Origin: Anaeromyxobacteraceae bacterium
Lineage (GTDB): Bacteria; Myxococcota; Myxococcia; Myxococcales; Anaeromyxobacteraceae
Assembly (NCBI GenBank): GCA_047602405.1
Contig: JASGHJ010000001.1
Span: 480,001 to 544,000 of the forward strand
Direction of reading: 5' to 3'
DNA: 64,000 nucleotides
The notes under the pieces were generated by a model. That model was given only the letters and a program-made list of their open reading frames with translations. It had not been told where the DNA came from and made no database searches. Shown in pieces: positions 45,035 through 53,514 of this stretch; the first letter of the stretch is position 1, and every line of letters starts with the position of its first letter. A program made the translations under genes and the position numbers.

Positions 45035-45210
45035 GCCAGCCGGACGTGGAGGAGTTCCGCCGGACGCGCTGGTCCCGAAACCGGCGGAGCAGCTCCTCCG
45101 CCGTGCGCGCACTTGGGCGCTCAACTGACCGATCGCTCTGCGCGAGCTCCGGTACGCCGACTGCCCCACCGGACGCCACGGAACAGATCAACCTCATCCG
45201 ACATCCACAT

Positions 45211-45681
45211 CTAAGGCGTAGGACCAAGGACGATACCGAAACACAGTGCGAGTTCTTCGTCGCAGTTCGGAGGGAACAGGGCCGGATCAGGACAGAAGCA
45301 AGACAGCAGGGTGCAACCCGCGGCGGAGTACTCTGCTAGCAACTTGTCGAGCCCGCTAGCGCGATTGGGGTTCACGGCGATGAAGCAAGGACCCGAACAG
45401 AGGCCCCTCAGCACCTCGGTTCCGTCTACCAAGACTTCGCTAATAGTACCAGGTCGCCCGAACGCGCATTGCCCCGACATGGAGGGATCGCACACGCGTG
45501 CATCTGGCAGGGCAACCTTGTAGTCGGTTGCAATCGCAAGGCACGAACGGGTCACGGGAGAGTCGGGGGGGGCCTCGGGGGGCGCGGGCGACGGCCCGCA
45601 ACCCCCGAGTACGAGGCTGATACAAAGCGCTATGCCGCCAGCCTGCACCTTATGTCCGTCCCTATTCGCAGTTGGGCACAC
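45211..45681 (-). CDS. Cys-rich putative lipoprotein
   Basis: LVLGGC lipobox-like motif, many Cys; start uncertain; GC visibly lower than the host backbone. Confidence 0.55.
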   Translation of the reverse strand: MCPTANRDGHKVQAGGIALCISLVLGGCGPSPAPPEAPPDSPVTRSCLAIATDYKVALPDARVCDPSMSGQCAFGRPGTISEVLVDGTEVLRGLCSGPCFIAVNPNRASGLDKLLAEYSAAGCTLLSCFCPDPALFPPNCDEELALCFGIVLGPTP

Positions 45682-46666
45682 ATGCCCCGTCGATACATGT
45701 CATCCCTGCCAGGTACCACCTGTGCGTCTCTGGGTCGAAGCACTTTGGACCGCGGGCACAGACGCCCGAGCACACATAGGTACCCCTACACCCGTCAGGA
45801 ACCACGGTTCCGCAGGCAGTGCCCGCCGGGCATACCGGGTTGGGGACGCAGTACGTGAGGTTAATGCTGCTCCCGGAGACAGACGCCGCGTATGAGCAAC
45901 TAGGCGCCAATGCGGTTGTGTAAGTTTCCCAAGGCAAGGATGAATTCGAGTAGCTGTTTCCACCTACGTCGCGTGCCTGGAAGTTCGAGAAGGTGACGCC
46001 AGTCGCGAGAGGCAGATGAGAGCAACTGTCCAAGTTGTACACTTCGAGGGCTCCACCCACTCCAAGCGTGACTGGACGTGTGACGTTTTGGACCTGAATG
46101 GTTGTGAGAACCGAGCTCATACCCGAGGTGGCACCTGTCGAAACCGTCCAATTCGAGCAAATCCCTGTCCCCGGCGAGCAGTTGGCGCCCTGGATCTGCC
46201 CGGTAACCGTGTTCCCAGGCTGGACCGGAATCGGGGTTGAATACGTGGAGTTGCCGTCTGGCCTGTAGTTCCAGCTTACAATGGTCCATCTGGGCCCATC
46301 CCAACCCAGATGATTCCAGGCAAGGACTGGCTGCAGGAGGAACTCGTTCGGAAGAGGTAGTGCACCGGGGAAGTAGTACAGAACCTGGTTGGCCACGACG
46401 CTGGGCGCCGAGGGGACCGTCCACGTGGCTTGGATGTTGGAGAGCGGCGTGTCGTAGAAGCGAGCTTCCGCAACCCAGGCCCAGTACATCGGTGGTAGCG
46501 AGGCGTTCGCGCTCGATGACGTTCCAGATGGACGCATCTCTCTGCCAGCCTTGTCGAAGCGCGTTCTTGCGCACGGAGACGGTCGCCTGACCGTTCCCAG
46601 GCGGGTATTTAGCAGCGAACCATCACTCTGAGTGATCTCATGCTCGTGAATGGGACGCCGATCCAC
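45662..46666 (-). CDS. secreted-type beta-sandwich (G1/A4 peptidase-like) protein with Cys-rich tail, probably 5'-truncated
   Basis: WTVPSAP, LLQPVLAW, LEVY pattern; C-terminal CVP..C...CG..PDGC. Confidence 0.5.
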   Translation of the reverse strand: MDRRPIHEHEITQSDGSLLNTRLGTVRRPSPCARTRFDKAGREMRPSGTSSSANASLPPMYWAWVAEARFYDTPLSNIQATWTVPSAPSVVANQVLYYFPGALPLPNEFLLQPVLAWNHLGWDGPRWTIVSWNYRPDGNSTYSTPIPVQPGNTVTGQIQGANCSPGTGICSNWTVSTGATSGMSSVLTTIQVQNVTRPVTLGVGGALEVYNLDSCSHLPLATGVTFSNFQARDVGGNSYSNSSLPWETYTTALAPSCSYAASVSGSSINLTYCVPNPVCPAGTACGTVVPDGCRGTYVCSGVCARGPKCFDPETHRWYLAGMTCIDGACVPNCE

Positions 46667-46834
46667 TCGACCGCGGAGAGCTTCACCGCCAAGTACGGGG
46701 GCCGGATCGAAAACGTGTTCGAGGATCTCGGTCTCCTCGTTCTGCAGGACATCGACGCCACGGTTGCTGAGCAGATCTCGAACGAGCCTTCGGTGTGCTT
46801 CGTCGAGCAGGACGACTACATCACCGGCGGCTGA
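46640..46834 (+). pseudogene. protease inhibitor I9 / subtilase propeptide-like fragment
   Basis: KYGGRIENVF...ISNEPSVCFVEQD; followed by a hairpin at 46850-46893. Confidence 0.5.
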
Positions 46835-46905
46835 TACTCACTTCTCAAGAACGGACGGGGCCGCCAGCACTTGCCGGCGGCCCCGTTTCGTTTCTCCTCG
46901 TCGCA

Positions 46906-47457
46906 CTAGCGGCGCGACGGCCGGCGCTTCGTGTTCTCGTCCTCGCCGTCCTCGTCGTCGGTGTCCTCCTCGACGTCCTCCAGCGAGTCCAGCTCCGGGT
47001 CCTCGATCCACTCCACGACGGTCTTGCGGTGCACGATGGCCATGGTGGCCTCCTTTCCATCCGACCTTACGGACGCGACCGTCTCCGGCCCAGGGGGCGG
47101 CACCAGTACCCCGTGACCGCGAGTCACGAACCGGCTCACCCGTTTCCGCAGTCGCGCCGCGAGGCGCAGGCGCCCACCGATGTCCTGCACCCTGCCGGCG
47201 GCCGCCGCCGCGCGATGCGCGACCTGGGCGGACGTGAGGCCGGACGCCATCAGCTGGGCGACCAGCCGGGCCTGCTCGGAGATGGCCAGCCGGAGGTTGT
47301 TCTTCGCCACCTCCACGGCCGACTCCGCGCTCAGCTCGGCGCGGACGGCGCCGGCGAACGCCTCCATGAGGGCGCGGTGCTTCGGCATGTTCCAGTACCC
47401 CGTAGCCCCACCCTTGTCGGTGGTCGCCGGGGGACGAGACGACCTCGCGGTGGCCAT
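46906..47457 (-). CDS. hypothetical protein with acidic tail (internal start possible at 47043)
   Basis: open frame; strong AAGGAGG before MAIVHRK; D/E-rich C-terminus. Confidence 0.5.
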   Translation of the reverse strand: MATARSSRPPATTDKGGATGYWNMPKHRALMEAFAGAVRAELSAESAVEVAKNNLRLAISEQARLVAQLMASGLTSAQVAHRAAAAAGRVQDIGGRLRLAARLRKRVSRFVTRGHGVLVPPPGPETVASVRSDGKEATMAIVHRKTVVEWIEDPELDSLEDVEEDTDDEDGEDENTKRRPSRR

Positions 47458-47627
47458 GATCCCCAGGACTGTCGAGGGTGATCCCCTGTCGCCTCGAACG
47501 CACCGGGCCGTGATCCCCTCCCGTCCTTGGCTGCGTTCGGCGCTGGATTCCCCCAGGTCGTTCGTGGGGTTCGCTGCGTTGCGTCCACCCCCACCGCGAA
47601 CATGACGGTCGCTTCGGGATCCCCTGC

Positions 47628-47850
47628 TCACCGGCGATCCCTCCCCATGAACTCGTCGAGGTCGCGGACCCGGACGCGCACCGCGTTGAGCACGCGGAAG
47701 GACCGCAGCTCGCCCGAGGCGCAGAGCTTGTAGACGGTCGCGGTGGAGCACCCCAGCGCCTCCGCCACGGCCCGCACGGTCAGCGCCTGAGTGCCTCTGA
47801 TGGCCCGCAGGCGCGGCCGCCGGCCTCCCGGGCCGTTCTGTGCGGTGGAT
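47628..47850 (-). CDS. excisionase-like HTH protein next to attR (start uncertain)
   Basis: LTVRAVAEALGCSTATVYKLCASGELRSFRVLNAVRV. Confidence 0.75.
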
Positions 47851-47974
47851 GTGACAAAACCTCTGCCACGGCCTGGGAACGCGTGGGACGGCTGGACCGG
47901 GACCGCGGCGTCGACTGTAGCCGTGGGGAACCCTTGCGAAGACGTGAGGACCGCTGGACCGCCACCCTCGAATT

Positions 47975-48021
47975 TTCCCAAGCTGAGGGTCGCCGGTTCG
48001 AACCCGGTTTCCCGCTCCAGA
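47975..48021 (+). repeat. att site: copy of tRNA-Gly 3' half
   Basis: identical to 34896-34942. Confidence 0.93.
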
Positions 48022-48207
48022 TTCGGGTGATTTGGCGAGGGCTTCCAGGGCGACCTGGAAGCCCTTCGTCGTTCCAGGTCTCTTCCGATGGTTGTCCGGC
48101 CGCGTTGTCACCCTGGCCCCGGCGCCTCGAACGCCTGTGTGAGCTCGTGGAGTTCGGCGCGCCGACCCTCAGCCTTCCTGCCTGCGCGCTGGCACCGTGA
48201 ACCATGG

Positions 48208-48236
48208 TTGACACCTTGCGGAGCCCGCCCTAGGTT
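48208..48236 (+). promoter_or_regulatory. sigma70 promoter, probably giving a leaderless toxin mRNA
   Basis: TTGACA (48208), 17 nt, TAGGTT (48231); ATG at 48243, no Shine-Dalgarno. Confidence 0.65.
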
Positions 48237-48242
48237 CTTCCC

Positions 48243-48533
48243 ATGTGGACGGTCCTCACGACGGAGGCCTTCGACGCCTGGTTCTCGGCGCTGAGGGACC
48301 GGAGGGCGGCCCGCCGCATCCAGGCGCGCATCGACCGCGCGGAGGCCGGGAACTTCGGCGACTGCGCCCCGGTGGGCGAAGGCGTCTCGGAGATGCGGAT
48401 CCACCACGGCCCCGGCTACCGGGTCTACTTCGTCCAGCGTGGGCTGGAGGTCATCGTCCTCCTCGGCGGAGGAGACAAGGCCACGCAGGCAAAGGACATC
48501 GCGAGTGCGCTCGCGCTGGCGAAGCAGTTGTAG
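48243..48533 (+). CDS. RelE/ParE-family toxin (addiction module killer protein)
   Basis: GNFGD..VGEGVSEMRIHHGPGYRVYF, LLGGGDK.TQ.KDI. Confidence 0.9.
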   Translation: MWTVLTTEAFDAWFSALRDRRAARRIQARIDRAEAGNFGDCAPVGEGVSEMRIHHGPGYRVYFVQRGLEVIVLLGGGDKATQAKDIASALALAKQL

Positions 48534-48542
48534 GAGGTACCC

Positions 48543-48857
48543 ATGGCGACCAAGCCCAAGGCGAAGCTCAAGCTCAGGAAGTGGGACTCGGCCGAGCACC
48601 TCGAGACCGAGGAGGACATCGCTCTCTACTGGGAGGCCTGCCTCGAGGAGGCGGCCGGAGACCCGGCGTTCATCACCGCGGCCCTTGCCACCATCGCCAA
48701 GGCCCGCGGCATGACGGCGCTGGCCCGCGATACGGGCCTGACGCGAGAAGGGCTCTACAAGGCGCTCTCGCCCGACGGCAATCCCGAGTTCGCCACCGTG
48801 ATGAAGGTCATCCGCGCGCTCGGGCTTCATTTGCATGGCTCCGTGGCTCGGACCTGA
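48543..48857 (+). CDS. addiction module antidote protein (Xre-HTH antitoxin)
   Basis: WDSAEHL, IAKARGMT.LA..TGL.REGLYKALS..GNPEF. Confidence 0.9.
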   Translation: MATKPKAKLKLRKWDSAEHLETEEDIALYWEACLEEAAGDPAFITAALATIAKARGMTALARDTGLTREGLYKALSPDGNPEFATVMKVIRALGLHLHGSVART

Positions 48858-48916
48858 CCTCCGCGGCGAAGCTCGGGGAGCGACGGGCGCCGCCGGGCAG
48901 GTGATAGGCTCGCAGC

Positions 48917-50173
48917 GTGCCTCACCGTCCCGGCGCGCTCGGCTCCATCGACCCCCTCTCAGTCCCACTCCCTCACGGGACCGAGGTCACCACCCGCGTC
49001 GAGCGCACCCTCGGTGACCGCCGGATCCCGCAGGGTGTCGTGGGCAGGGTCGTCGCAGTGCGCGACGAGGGACTGGACGTCCTCGTGACCGGCATCGGCG
49101 TCGTCCGGTACGCCCGTGCGGAGCTCCTCCCTCGCCGCCCTGGTCAGGTCCGCTACGCCGAGCGCCGCGAAGCCGATTGGAGCGCGCTCCGGGGCTGCGT
49201 CGTGCTCGAGGCGACCGTTGGCTCGCGCGCCTGGGGCCTCGCCGACGAGGGTTCGGACACCGACTTGCGTGGCATCTTCGTGCTCCCGTTTCCGTGGACG
49301 ACGGCCCTTCTGGACCCACCGGACACGCTCACGAGCGCCGACGGCAGCGCCACCTACTGGGAGCACCGCAAGGGCATCCACCAGGCGCTCCGCGCCGATC
49401 CGAACACGCTCGAGCTCCTGTTCGTGCAGACCGCCGAGCCGAAGGACCCCATCGGCGAGTGGCTCCTCGAGGCGCGCGATGCGTTCGCGACGGCCGACCT
49501 TTTCGGGAGCTTCGGCCGCTACGCGGTGAGCCAGCTCGGCAAGCTATCCCGCTCCGCGCGCCTCGCGGAGCACCGCGGACTCGTCCTGGATTGGCTGCGC
49601 GAGGAGCCCGCGCCCGACCTGGAGGAGGTCGCGCGACGCCTGGCCCGCGTCTCTCCAAGACCCGCCCCGACGCCGTCAGAAGGGGTCCACGCGGCGAAGG
49701 AGTACGTGAAGCAACTCTATCGCTCACTGTCCGATCAGGGGCTCACGGCCTCGAACGACTTCGCCGGACTGGTCGCCTACGCGCGCGACGGCGGCGCGCA
49801 GCCCGAGCCCGCGCGCGAGCTCCGCCCCAAGAACGCGTACAACCTGCTGCGGCTCGTGCATGTCGCCACGGGATGGCTCCGCACCGGCCATCCCGACCTT
49901 GAGATGAAGGGAGCGGTCCGCGACCGGCTCCTCGCCGTGAAGCGGGGCGTGGTCTCGCTCGAGGAAGTGCTCGCCGAGGCGGAAGCGCTCGTCCCGGCAC
50001 TCGAGGCGGCACGCGACGCCACGCCGCTGCCGCGTGGGCCCGACCTCGTTAGCGCCGACAGGCTCCTTAGGCGAATCGGGGAGGAGGTGGCGCGGCGCTG
50101 GGTCGAGCGCGTGCCCGGTTCGTTCGGCGTGGCGGCGCCCCTGCCCCCAACGCGACCGGAGTCCGCGCCATGA
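48917..50173 (+). CDS. Pol-beta superfamily nucleotidyltransferase (RlaP/YcgL-like) with extra N-terminal beta domain
   Basis: GSRAWGLADEGSDTDLRG, ADPNTLE, KNAYNLLRL. Confidence 0.82.
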   Translation: MPHRPGALGSIDPLSVPLPHGTEVTTRVERTLGDRRIPQGVVGRVVAVRDEGLDVLVTGIGVVRYARAELLPRRPGQVRYAERREADWSALRGCVVLEATVGSRAWGLADEGSDTDLRGIFVLPFPWTTALLDPPDTLTSADGSATYWEHRKGIHQALRADPNTLELLFVQTAEPKDPIGEWLLEARDAFATADLFGSFGRYAVSQLGKLSRSARLAEHRGLVLDWLREEPAPDLEEVARRLARVSPRPAPTPSEGVHAAKEYVKQLYRSLSDQGLTASNDFAGLVAYARDGGAQPEPARELRPKNAYNLLRLVHVATGWLRTGHPDLEMKGAVRDRLLAVKRGVVSLEEVLAEAEALVPALEAARDATPLPRGPDLVSADRLLRRIGEEVARRWVERVPGSFGVAAPLPPTRPESAP

Positions 50174-50961
50174 AGGATCTGCTCACCCCGCACCAGCTCG
50201 CGGTGGCGGATCGGGTGCTCGACGAGGAGGACTCGGCGCGCCGCCACCTCGTCATCTCGCTCTCCGGCGGTCACGCCTACGGCTTCCCGTCGCCGGACTC
50301 CGACCTCGACCTCAAGGCGATCCACGTCGCACCGACCGAGGCGCTCCTCGGCCTCGCCCCGCCCGCCGCCAACGCGCCGGACCGCATCGAGGTCATCGAG
50401 GGCGTGGAGATCGACTACTCCTCGAACGAGCTCCAGCAGGTGCTCGTAGGGGTCCTGCAGGGGAACGGCAACTTCATCGAGCGGATCCTGTCCCGGTTCG
50501 TCCTTCGCTCGTCCCCTGAGCACGAGTCGCTGCGGCCGCTGGTGGCGCGAAGCCTCTCGCGCAGGCTCCACAGGCACTACCGCGGGTTCGCCTCCGGACA
50601 GCTCCGCGAGTGGGAGAAGGACGGGTATCGCTCGGCAAAGAAGCTCTTGTACGTGCTCCGGACGGCGCTCACAGGTACGCACGCGCTCCTGACCGGCGCG
50701 ATCGAGACCGACGTCACGCTCCTCCTCGATGCGCACGGGTTCGGTGCCGCGCGCGAGCTCGTCGACGCCAAGCGCCGGGGTGAGCGCGCCTCGCTGCCGC
50801 CTGAGGTCTCCGAACGCTGGAAGCTCGAGGTGGGCCGGGCGTTCGACGTCCTCGACGGAGCCCTCGCGAGCTCGGTGCTGCCCGAGGGGCCTCCGAACGC
50901 GGAGGACCTCGAGGCGTGGCTCCTCGACGTCAGGAGACGCGCCCTCGCGACCGGAACATGA
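50170..50961 (+). CDS. Pol-beta superfamily nucleotidyltransferase (RlaP/YcgL-like)
   Basis: SGGHAYGFPSPDSDLDLKAIH, GNGNFIE, HYRGFA, KKLLYVLR; ATGA overlap. Confidence 0.85.
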   Translation: MKDLLTPHQLAVADRVLDEEDSARRHLVISLSGGHAYGFPSPDSDLDLKAIHVAPTEALLGLAPPAANAPDRIEVIEGVEIDYSSNELQQVLVGVLQGNGNFIERILSRFVLRSSPEHESLRPLVARSLSRRLHRHYRGFASGQLREWEKDGYRSAKKLLYVLRTALTGTHALLTGAIETDVTLLLDAHGFGAARELVDAKRRGERASLPPEVSERWKLEVGRAFDVLDGALASSVLPEGPPNAEDLEAWLLDVRRRALATGT

Positions 50962-51065
50962 ACGCTATTCCTCAGTGGAGGATTTCGTGAGCTGGAACCT
51001 TCGGCCGTCGCAACGCCCCTCGTCCTTCCGGCAACTTGGCACCTGCGCGAAGACCGCCCTGAACA

Positions 51066-51110
51066 TTCCCAAGCTGAGGGTCGCCGTTTCGAACCCGGTT
51101 TCCCGCTCCA
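51066..51110 (+). repeat. second att copy of tRNA-Gly 3' half (one mismatch at 51087)
   Basis: ttcccaagctgagggtcgccgTttcgaacccggtttcccgctcca. Confidence 0.9.
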
Positions 51111-51124
51111 ATCCTGGATGAACC

Positions 51125-51152
51125 GAACGCCCGGTGACCCCGGGCGTTCTTT
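51125..51152 (+). terminator. intrinsic terminator
   Basis: gaacgcccgg-tgacc-ccgggcgttc followed by T residues. Confidence 0.65.
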
Positions 51153-51271
51153 CGTTCGGCCCCTGCACGAGGATCACGCGCGAATCGTCGCAGGTAAGGC
51201 TCGACCGGCTGACCTCCTATTCGCTTGACCCACTTTGAGCGAATCCTCGAAATGGACTCCGAGGGGAAACG

Positions 51272-51784
51272 ATGGAAGGCAGAGGCATCAGATCGTGGCC
51301 TGCCGGCGCGGGGATGCTGCCGTCGGTCAGAGGGGTCTCGACGCTGCTCGTCGTTGCCCTCGCGCTGGCGTCCCAGGCTTGCTCGGAGGACTCCACCCCG
51401 TCCCCGCGGACGCCCGGCCCGGCGGAGCTGAGGCTCACCGTCCCGAGCTCCGTCGCGCTGGAGGCGGGGTGCAGCCTCGCCCCGCAGCTGGAGCGGTCCG
51501 GCGACAACCTGGGCTGCGGCTCGGCGTGCCAAGACGATGCCACCACGTGCGTCGTGTGGTGCCCTCGGCAGACCGGCTTGGTCAGCGACACGCCCCACGA
51601 CCTCCGACTCGTGTACGTCGTCGGATTGCAGGAGGTGGCCCAGGCCGTGCTCGGCGCAGTGACCCTGGAGACCGGAGTGAACCGCCTCACCGTTCCCCTC
51701 GAGCAGGTCGTCTTGACCGACTCCGACGGGGACGGCACGCCAGACGTGTACGCGCTCTGCCCCTGGAATCGGGCAGCCCCGTGA
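51272..51784 (+). CDS. hypothetical lipoprotein (start possibly 51314)
   Basis: hydrophobic leader ending SQAC; DSDGDG motif. Confidence 0.5.
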   Translation: MEGRGIRSWPAGAGMLPSVRGVSTLLVVALALASQACSEDSTPSPRTPGPAELRLTVPSSVALEAGCSLAPQLERSGDNLGCGSACQDDATTCVVWCPRQTGLVSDTPHDLRLVYVVGLQEVAQAVLGAVTLETGVNRLTVPLEQVVLTDSDGDGTPDVYALCPWNRAAP

Positions 51785-51909
51785 CGTCCGGCTGGAGAGG
51801 CGCAGCGGGCGACGAGGGCCGGCGCAGACGTCTGCGCGGTGAGCTGCCACCTGGGACCCTGGCCGTCGGAAGGGCGGTGGCCGGCCTCCGGTGCGATTAG
51901 ACCTGGCAC

Positions 51910-52458
51910 GTGCCCCGCTCCGTCGAGACCCGCCCCGAGCTCCTCGCGAAGGCGTGGGCCTTGCCGGTGGCGGCGAGGTACGCCCCGCTGAGATCGCAGG
52001 GCTTCCGCGCGGTGTGCGGGCCCACCAGCGTCACCAACGTGCTCCGCTCCCTCGGACACGACCGCGGCGCCAACCCGCTCCGCGGCTTCGGCCTGCGCGC
52101 GATGAGCCTCGAGCAGGTGGTGCGCGAGGGCGGCGAGGTGATGCCGCCGGGCTGGACGGCGGCGGTGGTCCGCCCCTCGAGCGTCGCTGCCCTCCGGGAC
52201 GAGCTCCGCACGTCGAACGATCCCCGCCGGCGCTTCATCGCCAACTTCTCCCGGGCCCCGCTGTTCGGCCGGGGCGGTGGGCATCACTCACCCGTGGGCG
52301 GCTACCTCGAGGCCGAGGACCTCGCCTTCGTGCTGGACGTGAACTCGAGCTTCGGGCCCTGGCTGGTCCCGACCGAGCTCTTGCACCAGGCGATGAGCTC
52401 CGTCGACCGCGGCGACGGCCGCGCCCGCGGCCTGGCCCGGTTCGAGGCGGGTGGGTGA
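51910..52458 (+). CDS. phytochelatin synthase-like (papain-fold) protein
   Basis: CGPTS Cys, GGGHHSPVGGY His, VLDV Asp. Confidence 0.8.
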   Translation: MPRSVETRPELLAKAWALPVAARYAPLRSQGFRAVCGPTSVTNVLRSLGHDRGANPLRGFGLRAMSLEQVVREGGEVMPPGWTAAVVRPSSVAALRDELRTSNDPRRRFIANFSRAPLFGRGGGHHSPVGGYLEAEDLAFVLDVNSSFGPWLVPTELLHQAMSSVDRGDGRARGLARFEAGG

Positions 52459-52554
52459 GGCTGACCGCCGCGGACTGTCGGCCCCACATGCGATCTCCAC
52501 TCAGGGTCCGCGAGCCCGCACCAGGGCCGAGCCGCGGGCCGAAGGGAGCGCGCC

Positions 52555-53001
52555 ATGCAGCGAGGAGAGGACGTCATCCACGTGATCGCGACCGTCCCCC
52601 GGAGGTTCGGCGGCGGTTCGGAGGGGATGTGGGGCGAGCGCGTCGGAGCCGATCGCGTCCGCTTGCGGAACACGCCCTTCTCGGTCCCGGGGCTGAGCTA
52701 CAACGACGTCGTGTTCACCGAGCGGCGCAAGGGCATCCTCAGGATCGCCGGCGTCTCCCTGCGCGGCGGGCACTCGACCTACTGGATCCTGACCTGCGCG
52801 GGCGCTTCCTGGGAGGCCCTGTGGGCCCGGTTGAGGGCGCTCGGATGCTCCTACGAGAGCACGCGGGTCGGTGACGACCGGGTCTGCCTGGCGGCGGACG
52901 TCCCTCCGCACGCGCAGATCGACGACGTGCTCGCGCTGCTCGACGAGGGCGTCGCCGAGGGGATCTGGGAGTACGAGGAGGGCCACCGCGAGCATCCGTG
53001 A
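52555..53001 (+). CDS. DUF4265-like protein
   Basis: EGMW..RLRNTPF..GLSYNDVV, GGHST, LGCSYE, AADVPP, WEYEE. Confidence 0.7.
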   Translation: MQRGEDVIHVIATVPRRFGGGSEGMWGERVGADRVRLRNTPFSVPGLSYNDVVFTERRKGILRIAGVSLRGGHSTYWILTCAGASWEALWARLRALGCSYESTRVGDDRVCLAADVPPHAQIDDVLALLDEGVAEGIWEYEEGHREHP

Positions 53002-53042
53002 AAGAACACACAGGTGCGACCTGGCGTGGAAAGCTCCCGCGC

Positions 53043-53463
53043 ATGCCCCCTGCGTTCACCGACCCCGCCGCCCGCCCCACGCCGAAGGCCATCGCGAGCG
53101 CGCTCGGGCGCGCCGCGTCGACCTGGACGGAGCCTCTTCGATCGCCTGCGCGCCGAGGTCCCCGGCCTCGAGGAGACCTGGCGCTACTTCCCCGACGGGA
53201 AAAGCTGGCTCCTCAAGGTCGACCGCAAGGGCAAGACCGTGTGCTGGGTCTCGGTGGAGCGCGGCCAGTTCAAGGTCGCGTTCTACTTCGCCGCCCGGCT
53301 CGACGCTGCGTTGCTCGAGAGCGATCTCTCCGCAGCGTGCAAGGCGGCCATCCGGGACGGGAAGCCGGCCGGCAAGCTCCGACCGGTGCCGGTGACCTTC
53401 GGGCCGCGGCGGGGGTTGGAGGACGTGCTGACGCTCGTGCGGCTCAAGGCGACGCTGAAGTGA
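53043..53463 (+). pseudogene. DUF3788-like protein, frameshifted near 53129-53133
   Basis: FTDPAARPT..ALG in one frame, WRYFPDGKSWLLKV..KGKTVCW in the next. Confidence 0.6.
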
Positions 53464-53514
53464 GGCGATCCCTTGCCGCCCTCGATCCACCGTGCCACCG
53501 TCGGTCCGACCGGC

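Larger units (their letters stand above)
34896..48021. mobile_element. tRNA-Gly-integrated genomic island 1 (integrative/satellite-like element)
   Basis: 47-bp direct repeat of the tRNA 3' half at 34896-34942 and 47975-48021; tyrosine integrase and xis-like genes inside. Confidence 0.9.
48022..51110. mobile_element. integrase-less tandem islet 2
   Basis: bounded by tRNA 3'-half copies at 47975-48021 and 51066-51110. Confidence 0.8.

Noticed and set aside
34941..48021. Complete prophage or ICE
   Set aside because: No capsid, terminase, tail, relaxase or type IV secretion genes are recognisable.
47975..51110. Additional tRNA-Gly genes
   Set aside because: Both copies lack the 5' half (acceptor 5' strand and D arm); they are att remnants.
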